64,000 nucleotides of DNA, taken from Penicillus capitatus (taxonomy: Eukaryota; Plantae; Chlorophyta). Under the pieces are notes generated by a model that had not been told where the DNA came from, did no database searches, and was given only the letters and a program-made list of their open reading frames with translations. The DNA is taken from assembly GCA_965649825.1 (NCBI GenBank), contig OZ287713.1, forward strand, positions 118,644-182,643, written 5' to 3'. The position numbers and the translations under genes were made by a program. Shown here one piece after another: positions 1 through 12,967 of this stretch; positions within the stretch are counted from its first letter, which is position 1, and the number at the start of each line of letters is the position of its first letter.

Positions 1-438
1 AGGCAGGCACGAGCCTTTCTGTGCCAGAGACTCAGGCGCAGACTTGGCGAGGAACGCATCTTCCGAGACATGGGCGCATCGGACTCGCGCCTCTCCCGGT
101 CGGCGATGAAGGAGATGCTGAGAGCATGGTACATGCAATCGGGCGATGGTCAGGGGGAGGACGACTGGGACAAGGATGACGCGGCGCAGAAGTGGATGGA
201 ATCCGAGAGCGGTCGCAACAGAGTCTCGGCCGGGCTCATGTCTCTCCGTTCCGCTGTCGCCTCTCGCCAAGTGCACGAGATGCTTTCATCTGCCGAAGGG
301 ACTGCCGGTCTGATCGACGCACTGAGAGCCGCCGCACAGCGGGATCCGCAGATCAGAGACCTGCTGCAGAATATGCAGTGCCCGGGGCCCGCATTGCGCG
401 GAAACGATGTCGAACCTGTGGAACATCGGGACGGTTAA
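1..438 (+). CDS. ACC1: 3' end (last ~145 aa, C-terminal carboxyltransferase region) of a homomeric acetyl-CoA carboxylase; 5' part lies outside the window
   Basis: Frame open from base 1: RQARAFLCQRLRRRLGEERIFRDM...SRSAMKEMLRAWY...WDKDDAAQKWMES. This matches the plant/algal ACC C-terminus as I recall it (W..SR.FFY.RLRRR...KS.M.LI..W....W.DD..F..W). TAA at 436-438. Confidence 0.8.
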   Translation, partial: RQARAFLCQRLRRRLGEERIFRDMGASDSRLSRSAMKEMLRAWYMQSGDGQGEDDWDKDDAAQKWMESESGRNRVSAGLMSLRSAVASRQVHEMLSSAEGTAGLIDALRAAAQRDPQIRDLLQNMQCPGPALRGNDVEPVEHRDG

Positions 439-652
439 ATCGTGCAGTGAATACAAGCATCTCGTACGTAGCATTCGCCAACGTTCGTTTTCCGGTTTTC
501 GGCTTTTAATCATCGTGCGATACCTTTCCCCGAACCTCCTGTAGACAGGGTTCGCGAAGGCGGTGGGTATTACTTCTTTACACGGGTCCATCCATCGTGC
601 TAAAGGCATTCTTTATTGGCCTTCTGCGGCAATTCACTTGCGGTTTGCCCCC

Positions 653-1651
653 ATGGAGATTGTGCACGAACCGGCAGTCCGCGGCCGCTTAAACGCCCTT
701 GTACAAATGTTCGAGAATCAGTCGAAGTCGGAGGAGCCGACGAGCACTGCACCGGCTGCTCGTCAGAAGAAGCTTCCATCCTCTAAGCTCCAGCCTGCAC
801 GAGTATGTGAGCCGAGCCATGCGGCCGAGGCAGACGGAGAGAAGCGCCACGTGGACACGTCGTGCTCAGTGAACTCGCTAATAAAGACATTCAACTCCCG
901 GGAAGGAACGGGGAGTTCGCTCGCCGCGGCAAAGAGGTGTTCGCTGAGTGGAGAGCAGCGTCGAAGATCAGGAGTTCTTCAGCATCTCGCCCCCGAATCG
1001 ATTGAGCGGCATCCCGAGGTGAAGGCCCTCCTGGATGACGTCTTCGGCAGGATCGAGCAACGCTTCATCAGGATGCGCAGCTTTGATTCGCGGTGCAGTT
1101 CTGAGAGAGACCTCATCGATGACGCAGGGAGCTCCATGACAGACACAACGGACATCGATTCCTGTCTATCCGCAGCGGAGACGCATTCCTCGAGCGGCAG
1201 CAAGATCGGGGCGATCTGGAACCAGGATGCGCTTCAGCATCTGGACGGCTGTTCCAGGACAGACGCAGCCGGGTCGGATGTTCACCACATCTGCACAAAG
1301 AAGCTGCGCGACTACATGGACGTGCTGAGCGCACGCATGGCCTGCTCCCGGGATGCCAAGCCGTCCGCGACGGACGAAAGCGCAGCCGTCTTCAGCGATG
1401 CCGTTAAGCTGGCGATGTCGAAGCTGAACGGCGACGCCACCAGGGATGCCTCGATGGCCGACAAGTCCGTGGACGTTTCTGTCCGAACCTGCAAGGCGCT
1501 GATCGAGATGACCGTCTTCAGAGAAGAAGCCCTCAAGCCGACGATCAACGTCGTCAACCGGGCACCGTGTGTCATGGAACACGACGACCTGAGCGACGTC
1601 GACGCTCGCGTGCTCTTCGCGGCCGACCGCCTCTGTACGACGTCTCCTTAG
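653..1651 (+). CDS. Hypothetical protein (~332 aa, apparently intronless, Ser-rich and disordered N-half)
   Basis: Long ORF 563-1651 with first ATG at 653. Composition looks coding, but I recognise no family. Confidence 0.6.
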   Translation: MEIVHEPAVRGRLNALVQMFENQSKSEEPTSTAPAARQKKLPSSKLQPARVCEPSHAAEADGEKRHVDTSCSVNSLIKTFNSREGTGSSLAAAKRCSLSGEQRRRSGVLQHLAPESIERHPEVKALLDDVFGRIEQRFIRMRSFDSRCSSERDLIDDAGSSMTDTTDIDSCLSAAETHSSSGSKIGAIWNQDALQHLDGCSRTDAAGSDVHHICTKKLRDYMDVLSARMACSRDAKPSATDESAAVFSDAVKLAMSKLNGDATRDASMADKSVDVSVRTCKALIEMTVFREEALKPTINVVNRAPCVMEHDDLSDVDARVLFAADRLCTTSP

Positions 1652-2212
1652 ATAGCAGCGTCCGAATTGTACCATCCTCTCCTCGATCTGGGCAGAGGAC
1701 TCCCATTTTCCCCGTCTGCAAGATAAGGGTGCTCACTCAAAGTAACCGAGATGCACCTCAAAGCGGTTTTCGTCGCGGTCTCAGTCCGCCACACGGTTTC
1801 GTGTCAATTCTTCGTCTCTTGATTCTGTTTTCCTTTACGTTTTTGTCCGTGAGCTTTCGCTATTCCTCGATATCGGTCGACAAGAGAATTTCGTCAGACA
1901 TCAATGTTCAAGGCTCCTCTTTTCCGCTTCAAGATCTATAAACACATGCACGGCCTGAGGAGATCTCTGTCAGTCGGCTGTCGGGCTGGTTGGTTGAGGA
2001 GTCTGTCTAGTTTCAGATGGTGTAGATGATAAGTCAGAACGGTGCATGAGCTGTCCAGCACTGATAGTCTCAATACTGGGTGGTGTCCGAGAATGTGGTT
2101 TTTGAACACCGAAAAAAAAAACACATAGACGACAATCTCTTTTCCGAGCTGTGGGTGCTGCAGTTGAAATTGTATTTCATTCGAGAACACCGACGACTCT
2201 GCTTCCCGCGTC

Positions 2213-3053
2213 ATGCTCAGACGGGCCCTGCGTAGAGCAGTCGATGTCAGTGCCATCGCCGCCGCCAGTGGCAGACGGACGCTGTCGTCGTGGCGTCGAA
2301 GTGGAGGATACGTCGCCGGACCTTCCGGAGATGCGGTGCTCTATGGTCTGATCGGCGCCAACGCTGCCGTCTTTGCCGCGTGGCACGTCGTGGACACGTC
2401 GTTCATGCTGCGCCATTTCACGGTCTCGTTTCCGAATCTCGAAGGCGGCCGCGTTCACACACTCGTCACCCACGCGTTCTCGCACATGAGCCTCCTGCAC
2501 ATGGGCACCAACCTCATCGCCCTGTACTTCTTCGGAGGGGCGCTGACGCAGATCATGATCGGCAGAAAGGTCCGCAAAGGGCCCTCGTCTCCCGGAGGCT
2601 CCCCTGCCTGTGTAGTTGCTGAATCTGTACTTGATCGGCGGCGTCACGTCAGCGACAGCCGATCTGTTCTGGAAGGCCAGGCTGACCAAACAGAGCGCCG
2701 ATGCGTGGAGCTCGAGAATACCTTTGCGCGATCTCTACCGTAGGCAGCAGCTGCGAGACATGCCATCTCTGGGAGCCAGTGGCGCCGTCAATGCCGTCGT
2801 CTCACTCTTCTGCTGCACGTTCCCAAGGGAGATGATCTATCTGTACTTTGTCATTCCCATCCCTGCCTTCCTCCTCGGCGTCCTCTTTGTGCTGCACGAC
2901 TTCTCCAGTCTCAAGACACAGGTCACCTCTCTGCAGAGGACGGTGCTCAGCTGATTCGCCGTTGCGTCGCAGGACAACGTGTCCCACGCCGGACACTTGG
3001 GCGGCGTGGCAGTGGGTCTACTCTACTTTCTACGCATGAGATACCGCTTGTAA
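2213..3053 (+). CDS. Rhomboid-family intramembrane serine protease (PARL/RBL12-like, probably mitochondrial); 3 exons
   Basis: HAFSHMSLLHMGTN, SLGASGAV (catalytic Ser) and VSHAGHLGG (catalytic His) motifs. Arg-rich presequence. Two GT-AG introns of about 45-50 nt. Confidence 0.92.
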
Positions 3054-3097
3054 ACATTAACCGCATTCGAGAGGGTAACAGTCTGTTCAGCATCATC

Positions 3098-3873
3098 TTA
3101 ACAACGAGCCCATGTCCTTAGTGGTCGGAAATCCCAGCATTCTTGCAAAATTGAAACGACTGTGTACAGCATAGCTGCGCGCAGACGTATAGGAGTGTTG
3201 GATCTTCCTCGCGGCCACACCAAACCACGTGTCCTGTAAGCGAGTACGAGTTCATGGAGAAAGTCAGAGTCGGCCATCCGGCAGTACTCGCCCAGCTTCC
3301 ACGAAGAAGCACAATCAAATAGACAGATCTAGGCGACCGTAGGAAAGTCAGAGAAGAGAACGGGGTGGAGATACGTCGTCATTCATGTATCCCTAATAGA
3401 GTCAGTTAGATCAATGAAATGCACAACGAGTGAACGGCAGAGTGCTCTCCCTCGACTGCAGGGAGGCTGTCTAAGCAAACGGTCCGCGGAAACGATGTAA
3501 CTCATCAGACGTCAACGGTCCTGTAAACGAGAGCTGTGGCGGCTGCCTGAAGACAAGATCACGTTTTCCGAGATGCGAAGCGGAGACGCGGCAGACGTAC
3601 CTGGTCTTCTTTGCGCTGCGCGCTTCGGTGGAGTAACTTCTCGACGTCGAACCTTCTGTGCTTTTGCTGCGGACCTTGGATGTCGGCGCCTGTGGAAGCG
3701 ATGCAGATGTTGCGCCCTTGGTGAGATTCTCTATTGATTGCACGAATGTCTTTTGCACGTCTCTCTTGCGCAGCAGAGGTCCGAAGTACTAGGGATGTGG
3801 GATGTCAAGGCGATGGGGTGACGCGACGGAGGGGTACCTTAACGACCAGACGAACTTCTTGGGCAGTCGACAT
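3098..3873 (-). CDS. Hypothetical multi-exon protein (MSTAQEVRLVVK|YFGPLLRKRDVQKTF...)
   Basis: ATG at 3873. Several GT-AG-bounded segments join open frames down to TAA at 3098-3100. No family recognised; exon structure uncertain. Confidence 0.35.
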
Positions 3874-4052
3874 CTTCGACAAACTTCTTCTGTGCCGCTC
3901 GAGGTTCGAAAAAATAAAAAACGAAAGATGCAGCGAACAAAGTATAAACACCCAACGACGGAATCGCAACGAGGGAGTTGACGCCGTATTTATACGCGTG
4001 ACACGTGTCAGAATGTCAACGCGTCGTGGCTCGGACGCGACGAGCTGTCACA

Positions 4053-4656
4053 TCAGAGGACATCTTTGAGCGTGCCATGCACAACGGTGTAGGGAGATAT
4101 AGTCCTAGAGGCAGCTCAAATCGGACAAGAAGGGATCTGGACGGAGGATGCACCATTTGCAAACTAGGCCATTCTTGTTGTATGGGTCTGATCTGGCATA
4201 GGCCTCTATCTCCTGCACAGAGGTGATCTTTGTGACACGGTTCGGCGTCAGCATTACGTTACCTCAGTGGTCGCGTCTTTAAAAATCAGCATCCCATTTG
4301 TTGCACTCTCACCCATTGCCCCCGCAAGCACCAGCTTCCCTTCGGCTTCCTGCCATGCCAGCAGATCAGATGGAACTGCTGAAAGAGGGAAGCCGCCGAC
4401 CTTGTCTGCAGCCTGTTTCAGATGCTCTTCGCGATAGGGGGTTCTCTTCTCGAGCATGCCCTCGACGAATTCGTAATGCAGGACTCTTAGTACTTTGGCC
4501 CCTGGTGCGGTCTGCAGACACAGACGCGTTTTGGATTTGAAAGCGCGATTGCGGTGTGTCTGTGCTGACGGCGTGCATGGCCCTTGGAGGAATGCACTGG
4601 AGCCGTTTTGTGTTTAGCCGGAGAAAAGAACGGCTGAGGAAACGGACGGAGTGCAT
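4053..4656 (-). CDS. YciI-like (YCII-related domain) protein with probable organellar presequence; multi-exon
   Basis: Spliced: LHYEFVEGMLEKRTPYREEHL...LVLAGAMG...GMLIFK...EIEAYARSDPYNKNGLV.KW, matching the YCII pattern (R...R..HL; DPY). Confidence 0.85.
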
Positions 4657-5147
4657 TAGATGAAGGCTTCTGGAATCGCATAACGTATTGCCAGTGGGTA
4701 CGGGAACCGCATCGATAGACGACCGGCAACTTTCTTGCCGCGTTGCTCTCCGTTAGCAATCTTCATCGAGTCCCGTCGTCTTACTCCACAGGGAGAAATC
4801 TATCTTTCAGTGGAATCTCTGCCAGCCTTCTGTAGAGGAAGGAGGATGTCGGAGAGAGGTCAAGGAAGTATGTTTTCGTTGATTGAGGTCGGGAGGAACA
4901 GTATGACTTTATAACAACATGTGTAGGGAGGACGGCATCAAGTGTCTGGCCATGGACGCTTCACAGTCCGTTTGCTTCATTCCTAACCAGAAAGACTCCA
5001 TCAGTCGTGTAGATGATCCGACGAGAAACGCATCGTAGATGCGCACCCAGACGCGAGGTAATGAGCAATTACTCGTTAGAGGAACGGCGATACTGTCCGC
5101 TAACGTGCGAATTGTCGATCGCCTTTTTCCCCTTCGCGGCAGCCAAA

Positions 5148-8100
5148 ATGCAACGCACGACAACGCCGGTCGATCAGTCGCTTTCGGCAAAAGGCACCGA
5201 AGCCGAAAAAGTGGTCAAGCCAGCGGAGAAGACGTCGATCCGGACGCTCGATACGAGCAATGTACCTTCTGGTCACACCGTTCGTTTCGTCGGAGGACAC
5301 GCCATCGTCTTCCCCGGCGTGCCGTATTCCGTGCAGCTCCCTTACATGGAACGCGTGGTCCGAGCCCTTGACGGATCAGAGAACGCTCTACTGGAGGCCC
5401 CCACCGGTGTGGGAAAGACCCGCGCTCTGCTCTGCGCCTCTATGCAATGGCTCCTGGACGAACAGAAAGCATACAGCGAGAGACTACAACAGCATTTGCT
5501 GTCATCCAGAGAAGCTGCTGCCGGCATACCCAATTCAGCACCCGCACCATCCGTGCCCGAAAAGACGGAGACTGAAAACGACGAAGGCGTGACGGAGTCA
5601 GCTGTTCAGGGGGACGCTAAGGCAGAAACGGAAGATATGGGTCGGTCTGCGACGATCTGTTCGGAATTGTGGTGATGTGCTGTCTTCAGATGCTTCTGTG
5701 TGTTCTGCGGCGCTGAGGGATAGCCTGTGGAGCTTTTCCTGTTCTTCTCCGAACAGACACACTAAACGACTGTATTCGGCCATTCATTCCGATCAGCCGA
5801 TCGCCGATCGCGGCCAAGATATGAAGATAGAAGATGATGGCGCGGATTCGGGGAACATCTGCAGATCAGACAAGAAAATCAAATGCGAGGTTAAGTGTTG
5901 CACGAAAACAGGTGATCGACTGTCCTCCGCTATGTGGAATATGATGTGACAGCTGATTGCAGAAGTGGACGACATCAAGCCATCGTCCTCTCCGGAAGGA
6001 GGCTTCCTCAAAGTACCATACGAGACGAAGTGCCGTTTGTTGAGGAAACTCTTTTGCAGCAAGAGACCGGCGATGTCAAGACAGAGCAGCAGAATCTCGG
6101 CGACATGAAGGCGGAAGCTGCGAAGGCCGAGATGACAGATGCAGAGAGTGTGCAGATCTTACATCGCATCTGGGCCCATCTGGATGGCGATCAGGGGAGA
6201 ACGGGACAGTCTTCTGTCGTCCGTGCCCCTCCGCGGTTGGAAGGGAGCCAAGATCATCGCCCCGAGAAATCTATCTTCAGGCGTCCACGGATCTTCTATG
6301 CCACCCGAACGCACTCCCAGCTCACACAGGCGAGCATTGCCACCGCAGTTCCTTCCATTTCTCATCGAGGGTGATCAGATTGTGGATGAACTCAAGAGAA
6401 CGAGCTACCGTCCAAAGATGGCGATCTTGGTGCGTGGGACGACAGCGCGAAGCAGCGGGGTATACGCAGGAGTGTCTGTAGGGCGCCCGACGGCACTTTT
6501 GCATACACCCAAATGTCAAGAAAGAGAAAGATGTCGATGCTGCCTGCAACGCGTTGCGCAAAGGCAAGATAGGCGACGAGGACAAGATAGGCAGCTGCTG
6601 TGACTTCTTTGTCAACACTGTGCGGATGCGGACGGAACCTGATTGGCCAGTAAGGTCCAGCTGATAGGAGTCGACATCTCTCACTGCTGCGCCGGCGATG
6701 GCGTGCAGATTGAGGATATTGAAGACTTGAAGGCTGGATGCGAGAAAAGACGCCTGTGTCCGTACTACCTCTCTCGAATGCGTAAGGCCAGCGCTGACCT
6801 CATCCTCAGTCCTTACAACTATCTCATCTCGCCTTCGATACGAAAAACTCTGGAGATTGAAGTCGGCGGCGCAGGGATCATATTGGATGAAGCACACAAC
6901 ATCGAAGACGTCAGCAGGTTTGGCCCCTTTCTGTGGCGAGAATCTATGAGATCGTGGACGGACGGTCCTTCCGCAGAGACGCAGCCAGTTTTGAATCGGA
7001 TTTGGAGAAGCTCCATCTTGCTCGAAAGTCTTTCGAGAGCAAAGGGGTATTCTACGAGGGCCACGACATCGCCAACTCTTGCGGCGTGCTGGAAGGAGCT
7101 CTGCAAGGCATCGTGACATTCCTCTGCGATTTTCTCCCCGGAGGCATAAACGCATTCTCCTGATACATTCATTCTGCCTCTCTCTTGTATTTAGGGAAAG
7201 AGGCGGCAGGCAAAGGTCGCAGTGGCTTCGAGTACGAGAAGATCTTCAGCGCTTCCGAGGTTGCTATCTCAAGAGTAGACGGATGCACAGAACGTCTGTG
7301 TTGCGAAGGCGATGGGTCGATTGGAGGATTGTGGATGGGGGACATCCGAGCTGCCGGTCATTGACCATGCGTACACCTCGATTCAAGAATTAGAAGAGCC
7401 AAAGCCAAAGGACGCCATCACCGAACAGGAGGAGTTAAAAGAAGCGCGCCGCCGTGACAGTACATTCGAAGCATCGTCCAACTTTCCCCCGACGCGACAG
7501 GGATGTCTTTTTCAGATGTGGATGTCACCGGAGGTCTGAATCTGATCCGGCAGCTCCGGACGACGCTGGATATGATGTACAAGGTCAGTACGCGTATCTG
7601 TGCGATCGTCATTGATGTCGCGACTTTAGGGACCGGTGCACTTTACAGAGGCATTCGCGATGTGCATTCAGGTTCGGAGATCGTCCGGTAGTGGAGGATC
7701 TCGGAGGAAGAGCATTGGGGCGCAGTTTGAAGTCCGACTCTGCATTTGGTGCATGCACGCCGCCGTCTCTTTCTCACAGGTCCTCACTCCAGACGTCACA
7801 TCACGTGCTGCTGAGACTGTCTGTTCCTCAGGTCGCCCGAGTGTGCCGTTCCGTCATTCTGACCTCCGGAACGCTCTCTCCGCTTTCCTCCTTTGCATCG
7901 GAGCTCGGAACAGAATTCAAGTTTCGACTGGAATCGCGTCACGTGGTGGACATGGAGAAGCAGGTGGTCACTCTGTAAGACACAGAATCCGGCCGCCAAA
8001 AGTGTGAGATAGGTGTGGGCCAGTGCATGCAATGTGGATCCGCACGGCATGGAGATCCGCTGTACATTCCAGAACATGAAGCACGAGCATCTTAAGGATC

Positions 8101-9492
8101 GTATCGGAATGGCACTGCAGCAATGGTGCTCCTGCATTCCAGATGGCGTCTTGGTCTTCTTTCCGAGTTTTCGCACCATGGACACGCTCTTTGATCGATG
8201 GAAGGTATGCAGCAAACCATCTCCTTCAGATCTCGTAGAAGGGTTCGTAGCAAACTGGGCAGTACAAGAGACTGGAAACGCTCAAAAGAGTTTTCTGCGA
8301 AGAGAGAGCAGGGGGAGAGGACTTTGACGATCTAGTGCAATCGTACTATCGATGCATCGACAATGGCAAAGGGGCGCTTTTCTTTGGCGTCTGTCGTGGA
8401 AAAGTGAGCTATTTGATCTGGGGGAATGATCAGTTTATTCTCGTGCTCCTAGGCATCTGAAGGTATTAACTTTGCTGACGGCTACGCTCGCAGCGTTGTT
8501 ATGATCGGCATTCCCTATCCGGCGGTCATGGATCCCAAGGTCACTCTTTCTCACTCTTTTGTGCGAAAGACACGGGCAGGAGATGGTTAGGTGAAGTTGA
8601 AGAAGGAGTACAATTCGAAGTGGGCGTATCGCCTGGGGCTCTGCGATGGAGGTATCTGGTACAGTCAGCAAGCATTCAGGGCGCTCAATCAAGCCATTGG
8701 CCGATGCATTCGGCACAAGAACGATTTCGGTGCCATTCTTCTGTTGGATTGCCGTTACTCTGAGGCCGGTCGATTGAAGGACGTCTCAAAATGGGTGTCC
8801 TCCGCAATGAGGATAAGCAATGGCTTTGAGCTCATGATGGATTCGGTCAAATCCTTCTTCGCTAGTAACAGCCAAAGAATGCTCAAGCACGAAACGGGAC
8901 CATCGCTCACGACCAAACCGGAAGCCAAAGCCTCTCTGCCATCCCAGGGAGTGCCTGACGAAGATCAGGATTCTAAGAGCAATGTCGCGTCGGCACAGGA
9001 TGTGCATTTGGCTGGAACTCGGGATTGCTCGTTGACGCAGGTCCGACCCCACGAGCCAGAATCCACACTGCAGAAATGCTTGACGGGTTTCGAGCGCCTC
9101 ATCGAGGCGACGAAGGATCGTGATATCGAACTCTTTACTTGTTACATTGCCGAAGCTGGATGCATCGATCGAAATCGGCGAGACCTTGTTGATCAGGTCT
9201 CGTATGCCAATCGATGCTCACGGACTATCGATCTGTGCGTCTTGCTGCGTAGGCTGCCAGAAGATGCATCATGGACTGCCTTTGGCTCTGTGAAGACAAC
9301 GCAGAGAATCTGTCCACCTGGTTGCGAAACTGGCGTCACGTTATACCCACCGGCCTGGCAGCACTGCTTCAGCTGAAGGCCATCGCCACGAACTTCCCCA
9401 TAGATGCCTTGGTTCAAAAATGGAGTCTCACAGGACAGGGTTCTCTCAAGAATGCCTTACAAGTACAGTGTCCCTATCTTTGCTTCCAGTAA
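5148..9492 (+). CDS. FANCJ: FANCJ/BRIP1-like Fe-S DEAH helicase (Rad3/XPD family); many short introns
   Basis: LLEAPTGVGKT (motif I), YATRTHSQL, CPYYLSR, LSPYNYL, IILDEAHNIED (motif II), WCMHAAVSFSQ...ILTSGTLSP, GVLVFFPS, SEGINFAD, GIPYP, QAFRALNQAIGRCIRHKNDFGAILLLD. The segment before ILTSGTL looks closer to FANCJ than RTEL1. Confidence 0.9.
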
Positions 9493-9806
9493 GAGATGAG
9501 CGTGTTGGCCAGGAACTGAGGTTCATGTATGCCGATGCTTTGGGAGTCTCTATAGAAGAGGAGAAGTTCGGGAAGTGAAGCCTTTTTCTCATTCGTGTAT
9601 TAAATGGATGGTTTCAAATAAGCAAGATATGAAAGAGAAAGCGGACTTGGCCTCAGGACACGTGGTAAACTCTTTCGACGATGTGACATGTCGCGGTTGG
9701 AAAACGAACGTCGAACGAGGCACCGGGATGCTTTACTTTGCAGTTTCTTTGCAGCTTCCGCACAGATGCTCATCGTGTGTCCTCCTCGCAAAGAGCCTTT
9801 CCGCGA

Positions 9807-10130
9807 TCATCCGGATCGTCCTATGCCGAACGCCATCGACGCCACGGCGATCCTTCTTTGGGCGATGGATATTTGATACGATTGTTTGATCACAACGGCG
9901 ATCGCGTCGCGGATGTCGCGCTTACTCTATTTGCTTAAGCCTGTTCCTAGGGAGCTTGATAAAATCACCGGGCTCTGTTCAAGGGCTAATACAGAGCGTC
10001 CATGTCTACTTTGCGGACCGTGGACGTGTTCCCAGATGTAAAGTAGTTCATGTCGGTCGAATCTCTTGTGAGAGGCGTTTTCTAGGGCCTCTGTCAGATG
10101 TGACGTACAAGATGATATGCTTCGCATCAT
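9807..10130 (-). CDS. Possible small two-exon hypothetical protein (~95 aa)
   Basis: ATG at 10130. A 42-nt GT-AG segment joins ...LEQSP to SKRDIRDAIAVVIKQ...GRSG*. No homology recognised; could be chance. Confidence 0.2.
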
Positions 10131-10172
10131 TCGTTTGATTTTCGTACAAACCTTTCGGCGGTTTTATCGAAG

Positions 10173-12967
10173 ATGAGCGCAAAAGCAGCAGAGCAACGGA
10201 TAAAGGTGTTGGAGATTCAAAACAAGCGATTGTCGGAGAAAGTGGAAGTTCAGAAGACCGAACTCGCCCAGAGGCAGAAGAGAATCGAGGCGCAAGAAGC
10301 GAGGTGGCGTGACGCACAGGCCGCGGTCTTTGCAGTGCGACGTGGATGGACGCAACTTCACGAAGACATACACGAGATCGCCGACCGCGCTGGCCTTACC
10401 GAGAATCTCGCTGCCTTGACGGAAACGGCGACATTTCTCGATCCGCTTCTGACGAAGCTAACGTCATGGAGTGGCGAACGTACCAACGCGGACGGGGAGA
10501 TGCATGAGGACGACGCACGAACACACGCAGAGGAGATGCAAAAACTAGCGGAAGCGGCGGACGTAGAAATTAAGAACCAAGCGAAGGAGACGGTTGGAGT
10601 GTTGGCGGAGATGGTGACGAAACTGCAGTCCAAGAGAACACCGAGTGTGGAGACGGTAGCGGCGCAAGAAGTCGATGCCATAAAGGCGACGATACGGGCG
10701 ATGCAGGAGAGGGTGCGACTGACGCAAGACACCTTGACGCGACGCGAATCCGAACTGAAAGAGATCCGTTGTCGCTTGTCCGACACGCAATACGATCTGG
10801 AAACAGCTCAACGCAAGATCCTGAGTTACAAGAACAGTATATCCAAAGAGACGACACTATCAAAATCGCAAAGCAAGCATCGCCAATGGAAAGACGCATC
10901 GGAAGGCTTAGGGTTTTGTGCAGGTGTGGGTGGAAAGGAGGAGACAGCTGAGGACCAGGCCGCAAACAAGGCGGTGCAGAATCTGTGTGTGGAGTCCCTC
11001 ATTCGAAGCAAGATTGAAGAATTGGAACGCGAGAGGAAAGAGCATCAGAAGACGCAGAAGGAACTCAGATCTTTGCAATTGGACATGAAGAGCGATTCTT
11101 GGGTAAAAGAGAGCCGACTCTATCAATCCTTACATGAACAGAAGACAAAGCTGATGGCCAAGTTGGAGAACAAGGCAGAAGAGCTGTTGAGGGCCCAGGC
11201 GGCGCTGGAGGCCAAAGATCGGGAGATCTCAAAGAAGCGCAGTCACGATCCAGACGCTCGCCTCCAGAGCTTCACTTTATTGAAAGAGGCTCAGAAGAAG
11301 CTGAAAGAACTGCAGCAGCAGATAATGGAGAATGAAAAGGCGCATCAAAGCCGATCTCCTCCTAGCGTTGACCCATCCACAGCTGAAGAGTACGATCGTC
11401 TGCTGGCCGGTTTCCGACAAGAAGCTGCTCGCCTCAGTAATCGCCTCAAAGACTGTGTGGTACGAATGAGTGATGCCCTGCTTAAGTATGTAATGCATTT
11501 GTGTGACATTTAGTGGGACACAGAGCGTGTGCAGAAAGCACGAAAGGAAGCAGTTGAGGCAGGAAGAAGAATGAGAGCAGCTGAGAACCGCATGGAACGT
11601 CTGAATTCCATCGCCAAGGAGCACGAGGATGTCAAGCGTCAGACTCGTGTTCGCGAGGAGCAGCTATTGGAGAATCGAGATGACTTACAAGTCTACGTGG
11701 ATGTGCTGATGACTTACGACGCCATCAGCAAGAATCGCAGAGAAGCAGATTCCATTGCCCGTGACCGAAACACCGAACGCAAGAATTCCTCCTTGAAGCG
11801 AAAGATTGAGGAATTGGAGAAGACATGCGGAAATGAAGATCTGCAAAAGGACGTGGAGAGTTCACGAAAGCGAATCCGGAGATTGAAAGAGAAGATGGAC
11901 CATCTGCACGTGGAGATGGAGGAGGTGAACCGAACGAACAAACACCAGAAAGAAGACCTGGAACAACAGAAGCAGCTCAATACCTATCTTCAAGAAGAAC
12001 TCGAAGTGAGCAAGATATCCACAAAAGAGTGAGTGATGTGACAGATGGTGTGACTGCAGCAAACAGGAGCGGCTTATGAGAAGTCCCAGATGCAGAATGA
12101 GAAGCTTCTGAAGCAACTGGGGGAGAAAGACAGGGCGATCATACATCTCCGACAAGAGAAAGCGAAGGTGACAAGGCGATTGTGTGAGATCATTGTGTGA
12201 CACGGGGGACTGCTGCAGATCGCAGGACGCGTGGGAGTATTGACATCATTAGCAGAGAATCTGGAAATCAAGGTACGATGGGATGATTCACAATCAGAGG
12301 AGATGTCGAAGATTCGGTCAGAGTATTCAGGAAGACTCGAAGAAACGATCAACGAGATAGCAAGAGTAACAGCACGATGACATTTCTGGCCTCGTATTGA
12401 GATGGTACCTTTAGCTGAAGGAAGAAATGCAACAGCTACAAGAGAAGTTAAATGCGGCGCAGCGTGATACCGAGAAAATTAAAAACAAAAACGAGGAGCT
12501 ACACGATCAAGTTAAGGAAGCCAAACATTCAAAAGAAGAACAGCGAAAAGCAGCCGAAGTTGAAATCGAGCGCTGTGTACGAGAACGTGCCAAGTGTCGA
12601 AAGATGGAAGCTGATGTGAAGGTATCTCTTCCCCACCGCGTCCATCTCCCTCCCTATCGTTCTCTGTGCTCGAATGGAGCAGGCTTTGGAAGATCTGAAG
12701 CGAAAACTGCGATCGGGGACACTGAAGAAATCAGACGTGCATCAAGAGCAAGAGATGGAGATGTTGAATCAGGAAGTGGAGAGCTTACGTAATACATTGA
12801 CCTGCAGCATTTGCTCAACGCGACGCAAATCTGTCGTTCTGATGAAGTGCCTACATACCTTCTGCAAACCGTGTATCGAAAACAGGATCGACACGCGCAG
12901 TCGACGCTGTCCTGGTTGTGGTTCGGCCTTTAGCCGTGAAGACGTTCGAGACTTCTTTCTCACATGA
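10173..12967 (+). CDS. HUB1: E3 ubiquitin ligase BRE1/HUB1 (histone H2B monoubiquitination)
   Basis: Long coiled coil ending in a C-terminal C3HC4 RING (CSICSTRRKSVVLMKCLHTFCKPCIENRIDTRSRRCPGC). TGAAYEKSQMQNEKLLKQL resembles the BRE1 pre-RING motif. Confidence 0.9.

Noticed and set aside
1936-2130. Possible box C/D snoRNA (ATGATA...CTGA) before a poly-A run upstream of the rhomboid gene
   Set aside because: The box C match is imperfect, and I found no terminal stem or rRNA-complementary guide.
5460-6290. Long insertion after helicase motif I as a novel domain
   Set aside because: FANCJ-family helicases commonly have a long, poorly conserved insert between motif I and the RTHSQ motif.
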